From Fimicolochytrium jonesii (lineage: Eukaryota), in NCBI RefSeq assembly GCF_025526975.1, contig NW_026515671.1, positions 1,054,001-1,118,000 of the forward strand: a stretch of 64,000 nt of DNA, given 5' to 3'. Shown here piece after piece: positions 25,907-36,752 of the stretch (its first letter is position 1; each line of letters begins with the position of its first letter). The position numbers and the translations under genes are program-made. The notes beneath the pieces were generated by a model. It was not told the origin of the DNA, searched no databases, and worked only from the letters and a program-made list of their open reading frames with translations.

Positions 25907-27016
25907 ATGCACTTCCGTCTCTCCACCATCCTTCTCGCGGCCACGGCCATCACCTCCGCCCTTGCGGCTTCATCCGAAGGTCATTCCCACGGCAACAACG
26001 GCGTCGGCCGCGCGATCGCGCAGCTGAAGGGAAACGCCAACGCCACCGCCGTCGGAGCGACCGCCAACAAGAAGGCTGGCAAGCAGCAAAACAAGGCTGC
26101 CAAGCTCGAAAGGACTGCTGCTCAGAAGGCCCGCAAGGCTAGGAAGGCCGCGGCGAAGAAGGCGAAGAAGGCCGGAAAGAAAGGCAAGAAGGGAAACAAG
26201 AATAACACTGCATCTGCCTCGGCCACGGCTGCTGCTGAGACTAGCGCTGCTGAGGCTACAGCTGTTGAGAGCAGCGCCGCTGAGACCAGCGTTGCCGAGG
26301 ACACTGCGTCGGCGACCGAAGGTGCTGAGGCTACTGCTACCGTCGATGACTCGGCTGCCACCGCTACTGTTGATGATTCAGCTGCCACCGCTACCGTCGA
26401 TGACTCGGCTGCCACCGCTACCGTCGATGACTCCGCTGCCACCGCGACGGTTGATGATTCGGCTGCCACCGCGACAGTTGATGACTCGGCTGCCACCGCT
26501 ACCGTCGAGGACTCGGGAGCCGCCGCGACGGAAGTTGCCAGCGAGACCGTCGATGACTCCGCGGCTACTGCTACGGTCGATGACTCTGCTGCGACCGCAA
26601 CAGTCGAAGACAACGCCGCCCTCGCAACCGGCACCCCAACCTTCGACGAGATCGACATCTCCAAGAAATCCGGCGACGGCCCCGCAGCGGTCGCCAACGC
26701 CAACGTCGTCTGCCCAGCCTCCTTCGGCGCCAAACAACTCGAAGTGATTCGCCAGGTCGCCGAGAACGCCGAAAAGACCAAATTTAACCCGGCCATTGCC
26801 GCCATCACCGGCAAGTCCGCTGCAGACAAGGCCAAGATCGCTGCCCTGAAGTGCCAGAAAAACCGCAACAAGGCGTTGAAGAACCAGTGCCAGTTGACCG
26901 AGGCGTTGTTGAAAAAGGACCAGGCGCAGATCGATCTCAACACCAAGCAGGTGAAGAAGAACACTGCGGATGTTACCGCTGGGTGCCCCAACGTCGACAC
27001 CTCCCTCTTCATCTAG
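25907..27016 (+). CDS. Secreted protein with a basic N-terminal region, 9-aa acidic Ala/Thr repeats and a Cys-containing helical C-terminal domain
   Basis: ATG 25907 with signal peptide MHFRLSTILLAATAITSALA; intronless; C-terminal AENAEKTKFNPAIAA...KNRNKALK recalls a fungal small-secreted-protein family. Confidence 0.88.
   Translation: MHFRLSTILLAATAITSALAASSEGHSHGNNGVGRAIAQLKGNANATAVGATANKKAGKQQNKAAKLERTAAQKARKARKAAAKKAKKAGKKGKKGNKNNTASASATAAAETSAAEATAVESSAAETSVAEDTASATEGAEATATVDDSAATATVDDSAATATVDDSAATATVDDSAATATVDDSAATATVDDSAATATVEDSGAAATEVASETVDDSAATATVDDSAATATVEDNAALATGTPTFDEIDISKKSGDGPAAVANANVVCPASFGAKQLEVIRQVAENAEKTKFNPAIAAITGKSAADKAKIAALKCQKNRNKALKNQCQLTEALLKKDQAQIDLNTKQVKKNTADVTAGCPNVDTSLFI
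26330..26620 (+). repeat. Coding 27-bp tandem repeat (ATATVDDSA)n
   Basis: Six consecutive identical peptide units from 26330, then further exact or degenerate ones; DNA differences among the first six are synonymous. Confidence 0.92.
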
Positions 27017-27947
27017 AGTGGACGTCGGCTTCCGAGGCCTCTATACTTCTCTGCATTTTGTACATCCTTTCTTGTAGATAGTTACCAGCAGCAGACAGGC
27101 AGATAGAGGAGCCTTTTGCCTTTTACATACCACGCACATATATTTGTACATTTTCTTTACATTTCTTAGATGTACACTCAATTAGAATCCGATTCTGTTC
27201 TGACACTTGTACTGCACCAATAATACTGCACTTATTGGTGATATGTTCCCTTGGTTGAAACTAACCGTTCAGTGTGGGATCACTTTGGCAATGCCTGGGA
27301 ATCCGACGATGCAATACTTGCGTCGTTTACGTGGTAGGATTCCTTTTCCCCCGTGGCATGTTCCCATTCATCGCTGTGCTAACCATTCCGGCGATGTGTA
27401 TTTGTATGTAATGTAAGCCTCCCTTTCAACTGCTGTGCGGCAGACGGTCCTGCGTGGATGAAGGGTGGTCAGTCAGGACACCGACTGACAGGACACTTTA
27501 TTACGGGGAGACCTGCACAAATTACGGCAATTACAGTATTTATCCAGAGCTGAGCGACGCGTGCGGTGATCCCGGAATAGGCACAGCACGCGTGAGGAGA
27601 GGGATCAAGCTCAGTCTCGGTCTCTCTCAGACCCTTCCTCGGCCGGTTCCCCACCGCATCTGAATTCCCTCTGAAACAGCACTTTGTTGTGGACTAGCTT
27701 TTGGCAAACATCCCGCTGACCGCAAACCTCAACTTGTCCTTTCCCCCCGTGTCAGAAAACTGTCGGGTCGGCCGACCGAACTTGCATTTCGAAGGTAAAG
27801 GAGAATGAGACCCTTGCTGCATTGCCTTTTTCCCACGGGCTGCGGGAGGGTATATAGACCAGAAGTCGACTTCCTGGAACTCACCACGGCTTTCATCCTT
27901 TAGGTTCATAGAAGTTCAGCATAAGCTTTCGTATTAACTTCAAAAAC

Positions 27948-28490
27948 ATGCCTGCCACAACCCCCGCATTCCAAAACACGTCTTCCGGCCTCTTCTTCCA
28001 CCACCACCAACACAGCATGCCGGCCTTCCACCCTCAACACCCTCAAACACCTAAGCCAGAGCTGATGGTCTCGTCGCGCAAACGGAAATGCGCCTACGAC
28101 GAGGACGAGTCGGATATGCACATGGACGACATGATGCTTATGTCTCCAAACAGCCCCGGCGCCGCGACCTCACCCACCACATATACCCACGTCGCGAAAC
28201 GTCAACAGCACGGATTCGGAGGAGGTGTCAAGAGGGTGATGTACAGCGGGGCGGATTCGACTTCGGCGGTGCTGCAGTCGTTGGCTCAGCAGCAGTCGGG
28301 GGATGCGATTGTCGAGTGTCCGCGGGCGGGTTCGCACCCTGCTGCGTCGATGTTGGCGTCGCCGTGGTGTATTCCGGTCTACAACACTGCAGCGGTGCAA
28401 CAGAGCTGTGATGCCGATGGGATGGATATCGATAGGCCTATCACGCCGCAGAAACCTGTCGTCAGGGTCACTGGCATCTGCGGGGTCTAG
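27948..28490 (+). CDS. Hypothetical 180-aa protein, probably disordered, with a basic NLS-like motif
   Basis: ATG in an AAAACATG context, TATATA at 27851, SSRKRK motif and coding-like codon pattern; no family recognised. Confidence 0.55.
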   Translation: MPATTPAFQNTSSGLFFHHHQHSMPAFHPQHPQTPKPELMVSSRKRKCAYDEDESDMHMDDMMLMSPNSPGAATSPTTYTHVAKRQQHGFGGGVKRVMYSGADSTSAVLQSLAQQQSGDAIVECPRAGSHPAASMLASPWCIPVYNTAAVQQSCDADGMDIDRPITPQKPVVRVTGICGV

Positions 28491-31239
28491 AGCAGAACCA
28501 AGAGGACGACGTTCATATCCAAAGCGAGCGTTTGGAAAACCACCGTCGTCCCCTTATACGTATATATTTTGTTGATGTTTATTCGCCCGGAGGAACCCTT
28601 TCCCACGGGCAGCTTTTGTACATCTCTCGCGACTGGTCTCGCGACTTTTACCTCCTCGTTGAACCTTCTTGTATAGCTTTTTGTCCATTGGAGAAATAAT
28701 ATTATCCCATCCCGCCCCACCCCGCTTTCGGGTGCGGACTTGACAAACGAGCTTCCAGCCATGATTCGTGAGTGTATATTTGAGTGTCGTGCATAAACTA
28801 CGAGGCAGCTATGAGGGAGAAATGACATACGGCTTCGGCCTTCTTGAAGTATGCAAAAATGTAACAATGCATTTATCATCTCAACACTTTTTGGACCTTT
28901 TGGACTTGCGTCTTCGGGGCTGCTTCGGGGGGAGAAGGTCCACGGAATTGAACCTCCGACGAGTCACATGTCATGCAGTGAGAACTCACGTGACACTTCC
29001 TCACCGAAACAAAAAGGCGCAACTCTCCCATTTCGGGATTCTCCCCCAAAGTTATACCCCGACCTTATCTGATCACCTTCGGGACCCCATTCGGCGGCCA
29101 TACCAACCCTGAAAAGGGAAGGGTTGGCCACATGCCGGACGGGGCTCCAGCGATGGGATGTGTGATCTAAACAGATCGGGTAGAGGAGACTTAGTCCCGA
29201 TTTAGCAGACCCCGCCATGATTCTCTTCGGAGAAGGAACCTGCGTGGTGATGTGTGGCGGGGTTTGAGTCGTGGATGACATTCTTACGTTTTTTTTGTGA
29301 ATATGGTGGTGAATTGAATTGTGTGTGATGGAGGTGGTGAGATACTGCGTTGCATTCGGTTGAAGGATGAGCTGAGCCTTGACGAACAGTAGCAGTTTGA
29401 AGAGGGCCCAAAGGCTACGGATATGCCCCTTCATGTGGAGCCAGGGTATGCAACACAAGAAGAGCCAGTTCGGCTCAAGTTGCACCTGCGACTCCACTAC
29501 GTAAATGGGAGGCATAAGTCTTTGGGAGTTGAGTCAGTTCAGGATGGCAGAAACGGAAGTCGGTCTCTATGGGGAATGGGGGTGAAGACGCGATATGCTA
29601 CAGTCAGTGTCCATAAAGCTGCGACTCCCCATAATTGAAATCCAAGTCGTCGCTGATTTATTTCAGGGACATTTATTTCAGCATATTTTCTTCCACGCAG
29701 CGTTGCCGTGCCCGGGGCCTTGGAATTCCATTCGTGTGACGGTGTAAGGACTTTCTCAAACCAGAAGAGCACAAAGAACAATGAACAGACAGAAAGGGAG
29801 GCCCATGGTTCGTTCTCAAAGGCAGCTCAGCCGCAGCTGCGATCTCTCCGCCTCCTCTGTGGCTTTGATCGGAGTCGTTCTGAGATGCCAGGATGCTGTT
29901 CTGTCTTCTTTTTCCCGAGAGCCCCGCTTTGGCTCCTGCCTGCAAACGTCTGAAAAGTGGAGTGCGATCGCCGGGGGTTCTCGATCCGACAGCGACCCCT
30001 TTTTTTCGCTTTTGCATGAGCGGACCACTGGGCATTGGGCGTTCATTCACAATTGGGCCCAAGCGACTGGAAGTCTGGACTGGACTGTCAGCGTAAGAGC
30101 GTCTCAGAGAGTGTCTTTAATAGCCCAGCCATCATTGCCTTTTAGCGTGGCACTGTGGCAGTGCCGGGGCGATGACGCTGACGTCTTTGTCGCGTTGGAA
30201 TGACGCGTTTGAAGAAAATCAATTCATTATGAGTGTCTGACAATCAGCCGATTCACGGTGATTCTCGCCCATGATCATGCAAATCCCATAGTAAGACACA
30301 TTAGCCAAGGAGGAGCGGAGCCGAGCCGACCGGCCCTTCTCAGCCTTCTCCGCGTCTCGAGGGGAGCTCGTGGTGCGTGCCTATGCAGTATCGATTATCA
30401 TTGCCCCAACGTCCGCTTGCAGAGGAGAGAATAGAGGGGAAAAAGGTGGTTGCCATAGGTTGAACTAACTCCTATTGACGCACGACGTGGCCCAACTTTG
30501 TCAGTCAGTGAACGCCATAAGCACTGCCTCGTATATCCTGTTTCGTCCGTCGTCGCTTGGTATCCTATTTACTTTCCGAAAGCTTGGGAGTTAGAACGAT
30601 TCGCTTCCACTTCCATCCCGCACCCCGGCCTGCCATTGCAAGTCAACTTCCGCTGCAAGCCGCCAAGCAACTGCCGTCACGCTATTGACAGTCCCATATC
30701 TCTCGTCGGCAAAGGAACGGGTCGAAGGCGTCTATATTTTCTGAGCGAACCCGTGCAGAAGACAGGAACAGCTCGGCATAGAACAGTTCCCCCATTACGC
30801 CATATCCAACCCTTACCGCCGTTATACCGCCCTTAAACCCAACCCATACGGAGTTTCGTCACTGCCACCGTGAAAAACCTTTTTTTTGTTGTTGTGCGAT
30901 CCTCTTTCCGAGAGTCCCGCATCCGGTTTGACGCGAAAAGCATTCTTGCTCGAGCAACGCATTTGTCTGACTGCAGACAAAGGCACCCCTCGTCCGACGA
31001 CTCCACTCGCTGCTTTCCCGTTCGCTTCTTTCGGGCTTCCACTACGTACTCAGACCGACGCCAGTTTCACTCTGGCAGGCTTCATTCCAGGCTATCGCTC
31101 TTCGTTTCAGAACTCTGGAAAGCCTCCTCTTCCGCCTTCCGCCAACAGGAAGACTCTTGGGACTGGACCTCGCTCTTGCCGGACCGACACTGTCAAGTTG
31201 AAGCCGCTCAAGGAACTCTCGCCGCCAGCGGCATCTGCG

Positions 31240-33953
31240 ATGGCAACCCTGTACACTCGCACGACACCGGACCTCGATAGCGAGGCGAGATTCAGCCCTC
31301 GATGTAACAAAGGAGTTTATGCGGGCGACGGGCGGTCGAGCTCAAATGAAGTTCGTAGCAATGTAGACTACTTCTCAGTTCCAACAACGGGTAAGATTCA
31401 TCTCGCTGTTGATGATTCTCTGGTGGTATCTGGCTGTCGTGGCGGTTGACTCAATACTTACACTTATATGCAATCTTTCTGTCATCCAGGAAGACCGACT
31501 GCATCCCCACTTCAGGCGTTCTCCACGACTCTCCCCTTCCTCACCCCAGCTGGCGCCGTGCCAGAATCACCGTATAACAACTTTTTCCATCCGTCCCTCG
31601 TTGCACAAACGCCATCACAGCAAACTCCCGGGCAGAAACCGTACTCTTCAGCGGCGGGACCATACTCTCCAGCGGTGGGACCTTCGCATGGCGGGCCAAG
31701 AGGCGCACCCGGACAACATATCGTAATAAACCGTGCTCCTGGGGGCGCGAGAACTCCGGGTGCGCTGGACACGCCGGGACTCCCTCGCCATGACACGTTC
31801 AATCTGTCGATGCCGGGGACTTCAGCAGGGCTAAGGAAGGGCCCTGCAGCCCCATCCTTGCCTTGCGGACCTGCGTCGTCCGTGCCAAATGGAGACGCGA
31901 GAGATGGATCTGTCAACTCGGTAAACGTACAAAAGGCCGCCGGACCCAAAGATGCGGTCGCCTTTGAACCCAGCCAGTTCGCCAGCCTTCTCCAATCCCA
32001 AACATCCGCTTCGTCGGCGAATACACATACAGTCCTTGGTTTGGACATGCGTTCGTACCAACACTACTCTGAGTTCCGGATATGTTCGTCGGTCAATCTC
32101 TCTGTGCCCACTATGATGTTGAAACGACCCGCCTGCACGCCCGTGAAACTCTTTGGGGCACTGACTTCTGACCACGCCAAGAACGTGCTAAAGGATTGGA
32201 CAAAGTTCGAGAATATCATTATTTACGACGACGACTCCCTGAACACAGCTGAAGGATCGCCTATCGTCCTTCTGGCACGAAAGCTTCAGCACGCGAACTC
32301 GACGGCGAGGATTGGATGGTTACAGGGAGGTTTTACCGCATTCTCCGAACAGTATCCTGATCTTTGTGACTCCTCGCCGCCACCCCAAGGTTCCGAGAGC
32401 ATAGCACCGAACACAAATAACATCACTCGAGGAGCGCCATTAAATATAGGAGGTAAGGATCCATGCGGTGCTAATCTTGACGATCATTTGGCACTTCAAT
32501 TACTAACCTTCACTTATCCATCACAGGACCGCTTACCGCACCTTCTGCTCTCGGCGCGCTTGGAGCAGCTAGGCCAGCGCTGTTACAACCGACGTACGCT
32601 TCCCACCAGAGTGCATCTGAACTCAACGCGGATGGGATGCTTGCGGACACGATCGATGTGAACAATACGCACATACCGTTGTTCTTGAGAGATCTTGTAC
32701 GTCAGGGCAATGTCAGGAGGCAGATTGAACAGAACTTTGCCATCGTCGAGGCTGCTGAGAAGAGGCGACTAGACTGCGCATTCCGTGCTCAATCTCGGGA
32801 CGATCCATTCTCTGTGTCCGATGCATTGGAGGGCGGCGCGACCCGGAATCGCTACAACAACATCTGGCCCTTCAACCACAATCGGGTCAAGCTTGCTTGC
32901 GATGGACAGTTGACTCCGGATATGCGCGAAGACGGAGCGTCATTGTCACCGTACAAGGCGGCCACAGCTGAACAGCACACCCGTCACAACGACTACATCA
33001 ACGCTTCGTTCATCGTCTCCCCTGCCGGCCATCGGTTGTACATAGCTACCCAGGGCCCGATCGCCAGTACCTTCGAAGATTTCTGGCGGATGGCTTGGGA
33101 GCAAAAATCACGCATTGTGCTCATGTTGGTGGCAGACGCAGACGTACAACGAGGCAGCCAAACGTGCCACAAGTACTGGCCGGACGAGGGGCATTCCATG
33201 CTATACGGTCGGACGCGGGTGACGCATGAGGGAGAGATACCCCTTCTTTTCGGTGAAAACCGGACTCCTTCGGCCGGCGGTGGTACTGTCGTGCGCCAGT
33301 TCCGGGTGGTGGTGGACGAACGGGAAGACAAAGCGGAAACGATCTGGCAAGTGCAGTACCTCGGCTGGCCAGACCACGGCGTGCCCAAGCACCCCGATGA
33401 GATGCTCCGCGTGCACTACCTGGTATCTACGATGTGCCAGCGGCTCGATATCAAGTTTGGGAGGGAGGAAGTGGGGCCTGTCATTGTGCATTGCTCGGCT
33501 GGCTGCGGTCGCACAGGCGCGTTCATCTGCGTCGATGCAGTCTTGAAGGCGATCAGCACGAATCATCCGATGCACGCCGATGCTGACAACACCCCGGTGC
33601 AAGATCAAGCACCAAGTGCTGTTACTAGCTTGCCATCCGGAGGTCACGAAAAGTCGTCGTCAACACCCTCAGATACATGGTCGACCGTACGCCCTGTTCT
33701 CACGCCCACCACATTCGCCCCCGAAACCTCACCGCACGACATGATCCTGGCCACTGTCCACCACCTACGTTCGCAGCGCGTGTTGATGGTACAATCATTA
33801 TCGCAGTACGGATTCTGCTACGAGATCGTGGCACGCTATTGCGATGTCATGGAACGAAACGCGTACGATTCGGTGGTGCAGCCAACTGTCGTCGAAGGGG
33901 CTCTGGAACATATGCACCTAGGAGAGAAGCAAGTCGACGGCGTGGGTATATAA
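31240..33953 (+). CDS. Protein tyrosine phosphatase with an N-terminal rhodanese-like domain (Pyp1/Ptp2-Ptp3 type MAPK phosphatase)
   Basis: Exons 31240-31390, 31490-32452, 32527-33953. Rhodanese-like LDMRSY...SVNLSVPT...IIIYD...LQGGFTAF; PTP motifs RNRYNNIWP, DYINAS, YIATQGP, WPDHGVP, VHCSAGCGRTG, MVQS. Confidence 0.93.
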
Positions 33954-34619
33954 CTATGAAATCAAGGACTTCTCTCCTGGTCCTTGTCTCCCCGCTTCAT
34001 TCAACCTCGCGCACATATCAGATACCACCCCGTCCCCTATCCACACGAACTGCGGGTCGCTCAAAAACAAGAACGAGTTGGACATACATTTTGCGTTTTG
34101 TTTAGATCGAAATCAGGGGGATCTGCAATCAGCTCTTGTGCTGGACGATCCCCAGAAATTTTGGCCGCTCTCTGAATGGGGATTGAAAGACTGGGCGCCT
34201 TTCGGGCATCATCGGAATGCAATGAAAGATGGAACTGAGATGTCTTTTATGTAGATTCCCACACCCCCTTCACCCCTCCACACTTTGCTTATACTTCAAA
34301 TTTCTTTTGTATCTTTTATATCCGAAATATGGCCGACTGGCAAGCTGGTTTACCTTTTGACTTTTGAGTTGACATGGGTCTGCGCTTACCAGGAAAAAAT
34401 CTGATGGAGGGAAACACGACGCTTCCATATTCGAGGGGCAAGCTCGCGTATGGCATATTGACAGCAGGCGCTTACCAAAACACGCGATTCTGGCGTTGAC
34501 GGTATGCCCGCCAATCGGCCAAAACTTTTGACGAAAGGGCAGATGAAAACCCGGCAAGACCGAAAAAGGACAACAAGAAAGCGAGAATCTCAATAGTAAA
34601 AGCACAAAAAATCCATGAG

Positions 34620-36568
34620 ATGAGGAAGCCTGCAGTATCGACCGTGACGCAAATCAACCCTTTGGCGAACCCCAAAGGTGAGGAAGTTTGCATTATATGT
34701 TTTGGTTCGTGAGGAATCTAAGCATCGTTTCCGTGTAGGTGTGAAGCTTCTCTGTGAGCTTTGTGGGAAGCCAGCGTATGTGCTGTTTTCTCTCTTGGAA
34801 CTGAATCGTCGATGGTCTAAATGTGTGGTGTCCACAGATATCTGCGATGTGATGGGTGTCGAGTAACATACTACTGGTGAGGGAATATCAGCCGAGTCGA
34901 ACATACGGAGTCTCGTATTGGGTTGCTAATTGAAACCCCTGAACTGCCATTAGCGACAAAGAGCATCAAGTATCAGATTGGAAAAGCATCCATGAGCGGG
35001 TCTGCTCGCTCCTCATCCCTTTGAGGTACCACGTGATATGGTAGCATTAGGAACGTGAAGCATACACTAACCAGCGGAGTTGATGAAGGACCCCAGTGTC
35101 TATCTTGGGATCAGAGGAGGAACGTGCGCATAGGGAGCAGCAGGTCCGGACGCGGTATGGACAGCTGCATGAGATCGCGACCACCGAGGCGCACAAGAAG
35201 CTGTTTGAGGGAGAGGTAAACATCCAGCAGCAGTTAAAAGACCTAGTGGAGTGATTGAAAGTGTTGACTGGCCATTCCAAAATCATCAACTAGTATGTCT
35301 TGGCCATCCCAGCCGCCCTCCAATCCCTCCGATCCGCCATTCAGATCCACGGCCCCGATGCAGCGCAACTCATCCCGTCCTACCTCCTCCTCGGCGAATC
35401 CAGCATTGGGCTCGGCCAGCTCTCCCAAGCGGAGGAATATCTATCGCTCGCGCGATGGGCGCTTATGAAGCGAGCCAGCGCGCGGGCCGAGGCAGATGGT
35501 GGCGGTGGTGGTGTAGAGCACCGCTCGGGAGAGCCAGGCGAGCCGGTGGTGGATGTGGAAGCCAAGGCGCAGCGGATTGAGGATGCGGTGGTGGAAGCTT
35601 TGCTGAATAGAAATTTCGGACTGTTGTGGAAGGCGAAGAAGAAGTATACGGAGGCGAGGGACTGTTTTGCTGCTGATGTGAGTTCCCTACGTGTGGGCGC
35701 GCGCTTTCTGAGGTGAGCAGGAAATATCTGATGTACTTGCGCTCTTTCCAGATATATTTTTCATCACTGGTCAAGAATGATCCAGAGCACGTTTCAGGTA
35801 GAGGATTTGAAGGTAGTCATGGCGAGTCATATACGGGGAAACTGATATGTCGTCTTCTCTAGTGACGGGCGGATATTTCCATCTGGCGACTGTCTTCCAA
35901 GCCCTCAATCAGCTGGACACTGCCCAGTCGCTGTTTGAGCTTATTGTTCGGATATGGTTTGATACCCTGCTCAAAGTGCGCCATGTGGAGGAGAGTGCAT
36001 CTTCACTACCATCGACGCCAGAGGTCTCGGGTCAAGAATATGTGGTTGAAGAGAATGATACCATCCTAGGTTCGAGAAGTTGCCATTTTGTGGTAGAGTA
36101 CTTGATATTATTAGTGATTCTGCTTTAACCCCCATGCCTACCGAATCTCTTGTAGATGAAGCTCAAGAAGCCGAAGGAATCCAGATGCTGACGACTATAG
36201 TAGGAGACAGCGCGATCGCTTCACCACAAGCATCCGCAAAGCTACAGGAGATCCATGCGAAAGCGCTCCATCTTCTTGCGATCCTATACGCTCGCTACGA
36301 ACGCATGGATGACCAGAGTGTAGAGTTGATATCACAAGCGGAAACCGCGCATCAGGAAACAAATCGGGAGCCTGAAGCGAACTCAACAGATGGACTCGCA
36401 CATGCAGCTGAAGGCCGTGATGGTGGTGCTGGAGGTCAGGCGGGATCAGCCAAGGCGGCTTCTCACGCTTTACTGGCGGCCAAAAATGCATGTGAGGTGT
36501 ACGCAGCTGTATTCGGAACAAAGCACCATTTGACGCTTGCGGCGGTGAACATGGCGCAGAAACTCTGA
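34620..36568 (+). CDS. ZMYND12: Zinc finger MYND domain-containing protein 12 (flagellar)
   Basis: Spliced N-terminus INPLANPKGVKLLCELCGKPAYLRCDGCRVTYYCDKEHQVSDWKSIHERVCSLLIPLR, then SEEER, IPAALQSLR, SYLLLGE, QAEEYL, GGYFHLA; matches my recollection of ZMYND12. Many short GT-AG introns. Confidence 0.88.
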
Positions 36569-36752
36569 ACATCGACCATCCTTTATTCGAGTGAAGCTCT
36601 ATAGACCCCTTGGGATCTTGTATTTAGTGGCAATGAGATGCAACGGTACACTTCGATATCAACCAAGGTTGGTATCGGTAATATGAACAAAAGCGAGCGG
36701 TATATATACAGTAAGCACATGTCCTCCAGAACGCCAAATTACGAATGTGGTC

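Noticed and set aside
23570..27012. Long minus-strand Phe/Leu/Ser-rich ORFs (23570-24505, 23890-24498, 26122-27012)
   Set aside because: Antisense reflections of the repeats in the two secreted proteins.
29093..29127. cggccataccaaccctgaa resembles the 5' end of 5S rRNA
   Set aside because: Similarity stops after about 20 nt and no internal A/C boxes follow; only an 8-bp hairpin (29103-29110 with 29120-29127) is present.
30449..30462. GTTGCCATAG, possible RFX X-box
   Set aside because: Only one half-site, and not near a ciliary gene.
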